Shown here in pieces: positions 14,535 through 25,980 of a stretch of DNA of 64,000 nucleotides. Below the pieces are notes generated by a model. It was not told where the DNA came from, did no database searches, and saw only the letters and a program-made list of their open reading frames with translations. The position numbers were made by a program, and so were the translations under genes. The stretch is taken from positions 202,370,001-202,434,000 of the forward strand of contig NC_058368.1 in assembly GCF_018350175.1 (NCBI RefSeq), in the 5' to 3' direction. Every line of letters begins with the position of its first letter. The first letter of the stretch is position 1. This DNA is from Felis catus (taxonomy: Eukaryota).

Positions 14535-14740
14535 AGTGGTGTGATGGAAGGAACATGGGAGTTTAAGATCAGAAAAGTGGTTTTATAACATCCAGCAAGT
14601 TACTTATCTTTCTGAGACTTGGTTGTTCTTTCCTGCAAAATGGGAATAATTTTACTCAGGAGAACTGTTATAAATATTAAATGCTATTAAGAATATAAAT
14701 TGTCTGGTGCAGTTTTTGGCACAGTAAGGCATTCAGTTAA
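14535..14740 (+). mobile_element. MIR
   Basis: gcaagttacttatctttctgagacttggttg...ctgcaaaatgggaataat. Confidence 0.6.
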
Positions 14741-14799
14741 TTCCCTTTCCTTCTTTCTTTTTTCTCTCTTTCAGCATCATTTCTTCTTTTCTACTTAAC

Positions 14800-15318
14800 G
14801 CTACTGTAGAGTCCATGGGACTACATGCTTTGTGCTTCAGGGTCTGACAAAGGTTTGGAGCGAACTAAAGACTAATGACCCCAGATGACTTTTACTACTG
14901 TGCATGGCTTCCCAGGTTTCTGTGTGCTTCTGCTTCTGGCCAGCATCTATTATTCTCTTGAGAGGGCTTCCTTCAGTGCCTAAAGCTGTTGTCTCCATGG
15001 AGCTAGAAAGCCAGAAGTAGGAAGGAGTTTATATGCACCCATTCTCACCTCAGGGGCCTTAGGTATCAACTGACTGGTGTGAGAACATAAAAGTTGAGTT
15101 TCCTTGCCTCTGGTTAGGTTAAACTCTGAGACTTCCAGAATCAGGCTTATCCTTCCCTCCATGGGATTTTTGCCTGAAACTGCAGATTTCCTTATTTTCT
15201 TTCCTTTCTCGATCTTGCTTCCACCACTCACTCACGTGTTTCCTGGGAGCACTTCCTCAATAAATGACTTAATACAAATCGATCTCAGGGCTACTTTTGG
15301 GGAACCACATCTAAAATA
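14800..15318 (+). mobile_element. ERVL solo LTR (LTR16-like)
   Basis: 3' end cctgggagcacttcctcaataaatgactt...ctcagggctacttttggggaacc resembles the LTR16 terminus with its poly(A) signal. Confidence 0.65.
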
Positions 15319-15541
15319 TTCCCATAAATATATGTCAGGAGGAATTACTAATTAATTAGAGCCTAGTTGTTTCTAATATGAAGACTACATTCCCAACCCT
15401 AAGACATTAAGTAATTTAGATTCTCTAACAATTATGAAGTTGTATGTATATATTAAAAAAATTATATATTAAAAAGGTATCACACCCACTGAAGGGAGTT
15501 GAATTTTCAAAATTGGGGCTGTTTTTCCTTATTCTCCATTT

Positions 15542-15765
15542 TATTTTTTTATTAAAAAAATTTTGTTATGTTTTATTTTATATTTGAGAGAGAGAGACAG
15601 ATCATGAGCAGGGAAGGGGTAGAGAGAAGGAGGCAGAATCTGAAGTAGGCTCCAGGCTCCCTGCTGTCAGCACAGAGCCCAACGCAAGGCTCCAACTCAC
15701 AAGCTATGAGATCATGACCTGAGCCGAAGTCAGAGGCTTAACCGACTGAGCCACCCAGGCGCCCC
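15542..15765 (-). mobile_element. Can-SINE (felid type)
   Basis: Ends gagccacccaggcgcccc. TSD cttattctccattt at 15528-15541 and 15767-15780. Confidence 0.95.
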
Positions 15766-17719
15766 TCTTATTCTCCATTTAAAATACAAGGTTGAGGTAG
15801 ATAAGATTGAACTGTGTGCTTGTTTGCTTGTTCTGTTTGTTTGCTTGTATCAGTGTAATTTTAAGAAGCAATTTTCTGATATTCAGTTGATTGCTTAATT
15901 TCTTAGTGTTGGTATTCTTTCCCTTCTGAGAACATCTTTATGCACAGCCCACTCATTCTTCAAACTCCAGGCCATTGCTTCCACTATAAAAACTCAGATA
16001 AATTCAGCTGACATATTCTTTCCTAGTTATTTTTGTACTAATCTGTGTGATGCAATGTAGTATATTTTTCCCAACATTTTTTCTTTCTCTTTTACTTTTT
16101 AAGTTCTGTTTCTCTCCTGTGTCCTAACTAGATGATAGCTTCATGTAAGAAGGGACTTTTTATTTCCATTTTTCAAAAGATTAATTTTTTTCTACTTTGA
16201 GGTACTGGTAGATTCACAAGCATGAATTAATACAGAGATCACATATATCCCTGTACCATTTCTCCCAGTAACATCTTGTAAAACATGTTGTAAAATAGTT
16301 CACTAACACAACGTGGATATTGGCAGTGATATAACTGACAACGAAGCATTCCCATCACCACAAAGGTCCCTCACATGCCCTTTTATAACCAGACCCATTT
16401 TGTTCCCACACCCATTTCCTCTTTAACCACTGACAGTCAGTAATCTGTTCTCCATTTCTATAATTTTGTCATGTCAAGAATGTCATATAAATGAAATTAT
16501 AATTTGGGGGGCTTGTTTTTTTTCACTCAGTATAATTCTCTGAAGATTCATCCAGGTTGTTGTATATATCAACCAACTATATTTCTTCCTTTTTGACCTT
16601 TATTCTTTGTTATTATTGTTATTATTAGCCTCTGTGCTGGCTAGAAGTTCTGGCAGTATGTTGAGTGAAAGAGGTAAGAGTAGATGTGCTTGCCTTCTTT
16701 CTAGTCTTAGAGGAAAAACACCCAGTCTTTCACCAAGTATGATGTTAGCTATATGCTTTTTAGTATTTCCTTTTTGTCAACTGAGGAAGCTCTTTGGTAT
16801 TTCTGTTTTTCTGAGAGTTTCTATTACGAATGGTCATTGGATTTTTTTCTAATGCTTTTGAATTGATATGATCGTGTGATTTTTCTTTTTTATCCTGTTA
16901 ATATGAGAAATTTTACTGATAATTTCAAATACTGAACGAACTGTCATTTGTGGAATAAACCCCACTGGATCATGCTGTATAATTTTTTGTATATTGAATA
17001 CTTGAATTTGCTAGAATTTTGTTAGGGATTTTTGTTGCCATATTTATGGTGGATATTGGTCTGTATTTTTCTTTCTTGTACTGTCTTTGACTGATTTTGG
17101 TATTGGGGTAATATTAGCTTTATGAATGAATTGAAAAGTTTCCTTTCTCATCTATTTTTCTGGGACAGATTGTATAGAATTGGTATTAATTGTTTAAACA
17201 TTTGGTGGACTTCTCCAGTGTAACCATCTAGGTTTGGAGATTTCTCTTTTGGAGGTGTTTACAACTGTGAATTTAGTTTTTTTCTTACTTATAGAGCTAT
17301 TGAAATAACGTATTTCATATTTCATGAGTTGTGGTCGTTTATTTTTTTGGGAAGTAGTCCATTTCATCCATGTTGTCAAATTTTTGTGTATAGAGTTATT
17401 CCTAGCATCCTATGATTATTCTTTCGATATCTGCAGGGGCAGGTAGTGATATTATCTGCCTCATTCCTGATATTGGTGACTTGTGTCTTTTTTTATTTCA
17501 GTGGTTTTGCTGAAGATGTGTCAGTGTTGTCATTCTCCCAAAGAACTAGTTTTTGTTTAATTGTTTTTCTTATTATTTTTCTGTTTTTAATTTCACTGAT
17601 TTCTATTCATATCTTTATTATTTCTTTCCTTTTCCTTGCTGAGGATTTAGTTTGTATTTACTTTTCTAGGTTTTGTGATGGAAGCTTGAGTTATTGATTG
17701 GAGACTTTTCTTCTTACTC

Positions 17720-17945
17720 TTTTATTTTTTAATTTATTTTTTAATGTTTATTTTTGAGAGAGAGAGAGAGAGACAGCAAGAGAGGGGGAGGGGCAGAGAG
17801 AAATAGAGAGAGACAGAATCTGAAGCAGGCTCCAGTCTCTGAGCTGTCAGCACAGAGCCTGATGTGGGGCTTGAACTCAGGAACCATGAAATCATGACCA
17901 GAGCCAAAGTTGGACACTTAACCGACTGAGCCACCCAGGCACCCC
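17720..17945 (-). mobile_element. Can-SINE inserted in old L1
   Basis: Typical body ending gagccacccaggcacccc. No clear TSD. Confidence 0.93.
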
Positions 17946-18765
17946 ACAGTGTATACAGTTATTATTAGAAACTTCCCTCTCCATACTGCTTTAGTTGTGT
18001 CCTACAAATGTTTATATATATTTTTTAATTTTAATCAATGTAATGTATTTTTAAAAGAAAAATTAAGTCTTCCTCTTTGAACTATGAATTAAAGGTACCA
18101 TGTTTAATTTTCTGGTATTTGCAGATTCTGTTATTTTTCTGTTATTGATTTCCAGTTTGTTTCCATTGTGGTCAGTAAAAATACTTTATGTGTTTCAATT
18201 CTTTAAGTTCATTGATGTTTATCTTATGGTCATGAATAGTCTGGTATATGAATAGTCTTGGTATATGTCTGTGGGCACTGGAAAAAAATGTGAATTCTAT
18301 TATTGTTTGATCAACTATTTCATAAATGTCAATTATATTCTGTTGGCTGATGGTCTATTGAGTTCTATGTCCTTGATGGTTTTATCTCTAGTTATTCTCC
18401 TTTTCAATTTTTGGGAAAGAGGAGTTGAAATCTCCATATTGAATTGTGGATTTGTCTATTTCCATACATCTATTAGTTTTTGATTCACATATTTTGCTTG
18501 GTGCATACGTATTTAAGATTGCTATGTCTTTGTGGAATTACCCTTTTATCATCACATAACATCTTTCTCTGTCTATGATAATTTGTTTTGATGTCTAATT
18601 TGATATTAATATAGCTACTCATACTTTCTTTTATTACCATTTGCATAATGTAGCCTTTTCTATTCTTTTAGTTTCAATATGACTATATCATTATATTTGA
18701 AATGTTTCTTGTAGACAGCATATAGTTGGGTAATATTTTTTAATATACTCTGTCAATCTCTGTCT

Positions 18766-18980
18766 TTTAAAATTTTTTTATGTTTATTTATTTTTGAGAG
18801 AGAGAGTGTGAGCATGCACACAAGTGGGGGAGGGGCAGAGAGAGAGGGAGACACAGGCTCCAGGCTCTGATCTGTTAGCGCAGAGCCTGACGTGGGACTC
18901 GAACTCATGAACCATAAGATCATGACCCGAGTGGAAGTGGGACGCTCAACCGACTGAGCCACCCAGTCTCTGAGCTCCCC
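18766..18980 (-). mobile_element. Can-SINE inserted in old L1, with altered head
   Basis: TSD caatctctgtct at 18754-18765 and 18980-18991. Head reads ggggagctcagagactgggtggctc. Confidence 0.92.
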
Positions 18981-21282
18981 AATCTCTGTCTGTTAATTAA
19001 CTTATGTAAACTATTTATTTTTAATCGAAATGTTGATATGTTAGAGCTTAGGTTTGCATTTTACTTTTTTTTCTATGTTTTTTCATTTTCTCTTTCAGCC
19101 ATCTGAATCTGTAGATTTATGTCTTTTGTTAAATTTTGGAAGTTTTCATCTATTACCACTTCAAGTACTTTTTAGCCTCTCTGTTCCCTCTCCTTCTGGG
19201 ATTTTGATAACATGAATGTTTTATCTTTGATTATAGTTCTGCAAGTCCCTGAGGCTCTGTTCGTGCTTTTTCTCAGTCTACATTTTCTCTGATGTTCAGA
19301 TTCTCTTGTTCTATATTCTAGTTCACTGATTCTTTCCACTTTCCTTTCCATCCAGCTGTGACCCCATCCATTAATTTTTATTTCTGTTATTGCATTTTTC
19401 ACTTATAAAATTTCCATTTGCTTCTGTTCCTTTTCTAAGACTTCCTATTCTCGTGCTAAGTCTTTCTCTTTCTTCATTTATTTCAGGCATGTTTATAATT
19501 ACTTGTTGAAGCATTGTTTATTATGGCTGCTTTGAAACATTTGTTAGATAGTTTCAAGTTCTCTATCATCTCATGTTGACATCTGTTGACTTTTTAAAAA
19601 TTCATTTTAGGTCTTCCTGGTATTTGGTATGACAAATGATTCTCAATTGACATTTTTATATTACTGTAGTATGCCATAAGACTTTGAATCTTATTTAGTT
19701 TTAGTTGGCTTTCTCTGACACTACTTCAGTAGGAGAAGGTGGAAGTAGTACACCTTAGTTTTAGTTGGCTTTCTCTGACACTACTTCAGTAGGAGAAGGT
19801 GTAGTACTACAAGGTGGAAGTAGAAGTCCAAATTCCCCACTCATCCTTAGTTGATACATGAGGGGGTTGGGTTTCTCCTTATTGTGAGGCAGTGGTAGGA
19901 GTTCTAGCTTTCAAGTGGTTTCCCCTGACAACCTGATGAAGGTGTCCTTATTACCATTAGATGATGATGGAAGTCCTGACTCTCCATAAGGGTGTCATTA
20001 TCCCAGTGGGAAGGGTGGGTATAGAGTCTAGGAGCCCCACATGATCTCCACTGGTGCTGCAGATGAGGCAGCAATGTTCCATTATTAGTCAGTGGGAATT
20101 AGTCAAGTGTCAGCTTTGTGCTTGATCTGACATCATTTTGGCGAAAGTGGTTAGGAGATTTGCTATAGCTGACAAGGGGGATGTCTAGAGTCCCCAGTTT
20201 GCTTTTGTTGTACAGGAGGTATTTTTTTTTTTTTTTTTTTTTTTGGTATTTTCCTGGAGTAGAGTTGTTATGGCCTACAAGTTTGTCTAGACTGTCTCTT
20301 TGGGTAGACAGAGAGCATGCTTTTGCTAAGGCTCTTTCTGTTTGCACTTGTTGATGTTTTCATGTTGCCAGTCTCTGTATTTCTCAGTCCGAGAGATATG
20401 AAGTAAGAAGAAAACCCAGGGAAGTACTCTGATCCAGTCTTTGGGTCCCAAAGTTTCTGGCCAGTCTGCCTTTTCTCTACCTTTCAGAGTCTCTTTATGT
20501 TTGTTTTATATAGAATATCAAGGTTTGTTTAGTGATACTTAGGAAGGGATAGGGAAAATAGGTCTATGCTGTCATCCTGAGATCAGAAATCTGAAGAGAT
20601 TTTGTTGTTGTTGTTGAATATCTTATATCACAAACAATTTTAAGTGTATATGAAGAATTTAATAACTTAATTTCTTTATTGACAGGTTGAAATAAATACA
20701 TTAAAAAATTAGAAATAGAATAAACTGTCATCTAGTATGTAGGTAAGTATTTTTGGGGATATAGTTTTTGGTAAATCATAGGCTTAAAACAAAATTAGTC
20801 ATAGTCATAATATTTTAGAGTTAACTATAGCACAGATTATACTCCAAGGTATCCTTTATATCATTGTTTTTAAATAGTAGATATAATGATTTTTACTCCT
20901 TAAAAATATTAGGTTTTTCCACTACTGAATCCATACCTTCTGCCAAGCCATAGAATTCTTCCGTATGCCCTGAGGAAAATTTATTATGTGACAGTTCTTA
21001 TTAAGGTAACTATACTCTATCCTCAGAAAAGCTATTTAGGGGCAAGAAAGAGCTTTGCCAAGGTATCCAGTAAAAATTTGTTCTTGTCATTTTATGTGGG
21101 ACAAGCATTTGGTGCCTAGGTCACATTAGGGTTTATTTTCAACTCTCAGAATTACTGGGAGGGAATTCTGGCACTTTAGCATACACTTAGAAGAGATAAA
21201 CATTCCCAGGTAACAATACTTTGTATCTGTGGATATAATATTTGGAAATTTATTTAATGTAGTTTTAAAATAAGTTCTGTTC

Positions 21283-21500
21283 GGGGCGCCTGGGTGGCGC
21301 AGTCGGTTAAGCCTCCGACTTCAGCCAGGTCACGATCTTGCGGTCCGTGAGTTCGAGCCCCGCGTCAGGCTCTGGGCTGATGGCTCAGAGCCTGGAGCCT
21401 GCTTCCGATTCTGTGTCTCCCTCTCTCTCTGCCCCTCCCCCGTTCATGCTCTGTCTCTCTCTGTCCCAAAAATAAATAAAAACCGTTGAAAAAAAAAATT
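21283..21500 (+). mobile_element. Can-SINE, young felid SINEC_Fc-type
   Basis: ggggcgcctgggtggcgcagtcggttaag head with CpGs largely intact. Perfect TSD aaaataagttctgttc at 21267-21282 and 21501-21516. Confidence 0.97.
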
Positions 21501-22999
21501 AAAATAAGTTCTGTTCTTGTACTTGTCATTCTGAGTAAATACACTACCTCATAAATTGTTTTGATTTCCAGAAAACTGTCTAATAATTATTTATAAGTGT
21601 AGCATGCACAAGAAAGAGAGACTAAATAGTTATCAGAAAGAGAGGACTGCTTCCTAACTATGTTCAAAAAGTGATGTGAGATTCAGCTTTAGATAAAAAC
21701 TCCTAGTTCTTTGTTTAAAAGCTTCTCCATTGATCTGTGATCTGTGAGGGATAAAAGTATAACACAATGGGAAAGGAAGGGGATAGGGTTTTGAGCCAAT
21801 TACATTCCTTAACCAAAGTTATGCTTCAAGTGATTTATAAGGCAATGTCCATCACAAGTGTTTCCTTGAGTTCTTACAAGAACTATAAATTTAACTGTGT
21901 TAATTGTGGTATCATCATCTGGTTAATAAATGATTCCTTAATTGTGATACAGTATATAGCCTTAGCTGGGACAGTATTGATATTTTGATATTTTCTGACT
22001 TGTACAAAAGCTGCAAAAGAGATATTGATGTTGTATAATATTTAATTTTCCAGTGTTTCTCACTTTTATTAATTGATTATAGCAAATAAAAAACATCTCT
22101 CAAGTGAAGAAAGAATATGCATATTTACTTGTAAGTTGAAAAGGATGCCTTTGAGATACATAGTTAAAGGTGACCCTTTTGTTAAAGGGTTAACAAAAAA
22201 GTCTAGGATGTAGGCCTAGATACCATTAATCCAGAGTTATCTTAATCTAGGACAAATCACTTAAGTTTATCATAACCAGTGTCCTCAACCATAAAACGCA
22301 AAAGTTGCCACAGATCAGCGATATTCAAGTTATGGTCTCTGGAGCCCTAAATTTCACAGAGACACATCCGGGCTGCCTTAGGAGAAGGGCATGGGCTTCT
22401 TTCTTTAACCAAAACAGCCTTAATTCTGTTGGGATATATATCAGTACTTTCTATGAAATTGACTTTAAAAATAGGTTCTGCTTTTAAAAAGCAAAGTTCT
22501 ATGACTAGGTACATGCCCCCTCTGGCTCCTCCCTGCCCTGTGGTCATCTGTTTTGTCAAAGATACAGAGGGAGATAGTGGTAGGCAGTGACACCCTTGTA
22601 TCAGAAAACAACAGTCTAGATTTTCTGTTGTACACTTAGAACTATAAATTGAGGTGCTTTTTCGTTTTTATTTTTAAGTAATAGGAAATTCTATAGTTTT
22701 TTTTTTTTTCATTTTGACAATGAACAGAATTAGGGCCAAACAATTCATATGCCTTGGTCTTATTTTCATTTTCAGTCCAAGTTCAAATATGCACTAAGGT
22801 CGCTTTCTCTTAAAATATGCTTTCATTTAAAAAATATCTTGGATTCAGGGTGGCTTTAATCAAGAAGTAAATAAAAATTTATGAAGGAATTACTAAGTCC
22901 TTAGCATCATATCTTTTTTTTTTTTTTTTAAAAGGAGCAGCATGCCTCTAAATGTTAATTTCTTCTTAAAGGGGATCAGGGCTTTTTAGACAAGTACCT

Positions 23000-23845
23000 G
23001 ATTCCAGGAATGGCACAGGAGGTATAAAGCGTTAACCTGAAACATCCTGTCACACCAGAAAGCAAGCACACAAACCATCAAAGACTCTCGAAGGCATGAC
23101 AAAAAGAGTTCAGATATATTCTGAAGATGTAAACTGTGGCCAGTGATGGGACACCTAAACAACAACAAATAACAGTAACTACAATGGATTGAAACACATC
23201 ACATACTTTTAAGTCTATGAAGTCATCAAACTATCATTAATACTACTGTATTGCAGAGGCACCTGGGTGGCTCAGTCAGTTAAGCGTCTGACTCTTGGTT
23301 TTGGCTCAGGTCGTGATCTCACAGTTCCTGAGTTTGAGCCAACCATCAGGCTCTGAACTGCACTGCCCGCTTGGGGTTCTTTCTCTCTCCTTCTCTCTGC
23401 CCCTCCCCTGTGCTCTCTCTCTTAAGATAAAGAAATAAACTTAAAAAAAAAAAAGCTGTGTTGCGTATCTGAAAGTAGCTGGGAGAATGGATCTTGAATA
23501 TAAAAAGTATTAAGAAACAATTGAGGACATTTGAATGTTGATCAGATGTTTTGAGATATGAACAAGTGAGTGCTAAAATTTTAGGTGAGATAGAAGTATT
23601 GTAATTATGTTTAATAACAGCAGTATTTTTCTTTTAAAAATATGTAATGAGACATTTATAAATGATTTTATTTGATGTCTGGGATTTTATTCAAATAATC
23701 TTGGTTACGGGAGTAAACAGTATGAATGAAAAACAAATGTCCATACATTGACAGTTGTTGAACCTGGAGGATGCTGGGGACTAGGGGGTATATTACACAG
23801 TTCTCTATACTTTTGAAACTTGCTGTAATATACGTTGAAAAAGCA
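23000..23845 (+). mobile_element. L1MC4-like 3' UTR fragment
   Basis: cagaaagcaag...atcaaagact and gatgtctgggattttattcaaataatc...gttgttgaacctgg resemble old L1MC 3' ends. Confidence 0.6.
23256..23454 (+). mobile_element. Can-SINE (older subfamily) inserted in L1MC4-like fragment
   Basis: gaggcacctgggtggctcagtcagttaagc head, CT tract, A tail. Degenerate TSD ctgt(a/g)ttgc. Confidence 0.92.
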
Positions 23846-24261
23846 GCAGTAAAATGTAAACTAAGGCTTTATTCTTAGCTACAATTCTGATGCTGAGTTA
23901 TCTTGTCATGAGTTGTCTTCGCGTGTAGGTGATCCTTAGGACCATCTGGCCATCCCCAAACTGTGAGTTAAGCTGCTAAAACAATACATAACAGATGCAA
24001 AGATATCCTCAGACTGACAGTGGACCTTTTTCCACATTGCCTCTGCTCTTCTGGATGTCAAAGATTCTTACCTTCTATTTGCAGAGGAAGAGCTTATGAT
24101 TGTCTGGGAAGAACTGGAGGTAGTGGCAAGATACATATGGCAAGGGGATGAAGGTGAACACACAAGCCAATTCAGTCATATAATCTCAGAAGCAGGAAGT
24201 CGTATTTTTTTTTTTTGGCAGATTAAACAGTCTTTTTTTTTTATTTTTATTTTTTTGCAAT

Positions 24262-24497
24262 TTCTTAATATATTTTATTTATCCCAGTATATCAAAAATA
24301 GTATTTCAAAATGTGATTAACACAGACATTATTGAGATTTTTAATGTATTTTTCCTAGTCTTTGGAATGTAGTTTGTATTTTATTTTTTTATTTTTAAAA
24401 ATTTTTTAAATATAATTTATTGTCAAGTTAGCTAATACGCAGTGTATATGGTGTGCTCTTGGCTTCAGAAGTCATCTTATTTCTGGACCAGAGACTA
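24262..24497. mobile_element. hAT-Charlie MITE fragment (MER33/MER3-like), interrupted by an L1 stub
   Basis: taatatattttatttatcccagtatatcaaaaatagtatttcaaaatgtgatt resembles the recalled MER33 consensus and resumes at catcttatttctggac. Confidence 0.55.
24383..24472 (-). mobile_element. ~90-bp felid L1 3' stub inside a MER33-like DNA transposon fragment
   Basis: Poly(T) plus aatttattgtcaagttagctaatacgcagtgtatatggtgtgctcttggcttcag, homologous to ~28506-28562. Confidence 0.8.
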
Positions 24498-24829
24498 ATC
24501 TACATGAAATTGTCCATGGTCCCCACAGTGAGGAGCTAACATGCCCCTCAGCGTGGATATGCTATGGCTTTCTCTCATGTGCTAAGGATAGTGTGCTAAG
24601 GATAGTGTGCTAAGCACTGGCTTTTGTCCTCTTCTGTGCTATGCCTTTAAACTACTTGGCAGTCCCCAGAGGCTGACCCTGACTTTCTGTACTGAATCAC
24701 ATATACCAGAACCCTATTCCCCACCTCTCATTCTGCCCTGAGATAAACATCATCCTGAATCTCCACCCACATCTAGGCTGACACTCTTTTAGATGACAGG
24801 ACAAAAGAGGATCATTTGCCCTCAATTTT

Positions 24830-25046
24830 CTTTTTTTTTTTTAAATTTTTTAATGTTTATTTATTTTTAAGAGCGAGAGCACAAGCAGGGGAGGGGCAGA
24901 TAGAGAGGGAGACACAGAATCTAAACCAGGCTCTAGGCTCTGAGCTGCCAGCACAGAGCCCAATGTGGGGCTCGAACTCTCGAACTGTGAGATCATAACC
25001 TGAGCCGAAGTCCAACACTCAACCGACTGAGCCACCCAGACGCCCC
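24830..25046 (-). mobile_element. Can-SINE (felid type)
   Basis: Typical body. Degenerate TSD containing ctcaatttt on both sides. Confidence 0.93.
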
Positions 25047-25399
25047 TGTGCTCAATTTTATTGGGCATCCTATCAGTGTGGCCCCAACTCTATGCCTAAC
25101 TTTCCTTGGATATTTTGTTTAATTATTCAAAGCCTGGCTTGGAAATTAAAAAAAAAAACAAAAAAAACAAAAAAACTGAATATGGGTCCTTTTTTTCCCC
25201 TTCCTGTTCTCATTCCTTTGTAATAATTCTATGTCTTTTTGGAGCAATGTAGATGGCACTGATGGACTAAAGATTTGGGGAAAGGAAAGTAAGAAAAAGG
25301 TTTTTTTTTCCAAATAGTTTCTCATTATATTGGAGACAACCCAAAGCATCTGCATTCCAGGTCACAAAGCAGGATTGACAAAGAGAGTTTCACTGTAGC

Positions 25400-25980
25400 C
25401 TATTTATTTTTATTTGTTTGTTTAACAAACGGACACTTGTCTGTGCTGTAGGAGTATTAGATGAATACTGTGTGATCCCTGACCTTGTGGATCCAACAGC
25501 CCATGATACTTTAGATACCATACAAAAGATGTGCACAGAGGGGCATGGGAGCTCTGAGAGGCAGTGCTGTACCTCAGCTTTATGAAGAGCATGTTGGAAG
25601 TGAGGACACTGAAGCTGTGACTTGAAAGATGAGAAAGACTTAGGTGAAAAAAGGAGAAAGGGCGTTTCAGATTGAGAGAGTGGCAAGACAAAAAAGCACG
25701 TAGGACTCAAGTAGGGTGTTCTGGGCACCCTACTTGTGTCATTTGAACATAAAATATTAGCCAGGAACAAGGGATAGGTTGTATGCTGATGATTTTTGAC
25801 CAAGAAGGGTTTAGAGCAGGATTTTTAACGTGGCCAGATTTGTTTCTCAAGTAGTTTTCTCTGATTGGGTGAAAAAATGGACTCTGGCTATTTCGGGCCT
25901 GAACTGGAACAGGGCTAAGGAGAGGTAGAGAGGAAGAAATAGTGTTGAGGAAGAAACTGCACTGGCTGTAGTCCAGAAAG
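25400..25980 (-). mobile_element. L2 fragment
   Basis: Antisense L2-like motifs (ctgaagctgtgacttgaaagatgag; gattttaacgtggccagatttgttt). Confidence 0.5.

Larger units (their letters stand above)
16169..20592 (-). mobile_element. Ancient L1 (L1MC1-like), internally deleted, retaining 3' UTR, part of ORF2, ORF1 remnant and 5' end; carries two SINE insertions
   Basis: 16169-16575 resembles an L1MC 3' UTR (taatctgttctccatttctataattttgtcat...). 16600-19070 is decayed antisense ORF2. ORF 19172-19402 (-) is ORF1p coiled-coil-like (ERISELEYR). ~20500-20592 resembles an L1MC 5' terminus. Confidence 0.85.

Noticed and set aside
19695..19801. CRISPR-like repeat-spacer-repeat
   Set aside because: Only two copies with a 13-nt spacer, inside a mammalian L1 and with no cas genes; it is a local duplication.
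20218..20252. Solo poly(A) retro-insertion (T23 flanked by ggtatttt)
   Set aside because: The flanking repeat is short and overlaps the T run; simple homopolymer expansion within the L1 is at least as likely.
21283..21365. tRNA gene
   Set aside because: The A/B-box similarity is the tRNA-derived head of a Can-SINE, followed by a CT tract, A tail and TSDs; the same applies to all SINE heads here.
24816..25068. Recurrent short ORFs such as AQSVE...SSSPT.GS.L
   Set aside because: Translations of Can-SINE bodies repeated throughout the window.
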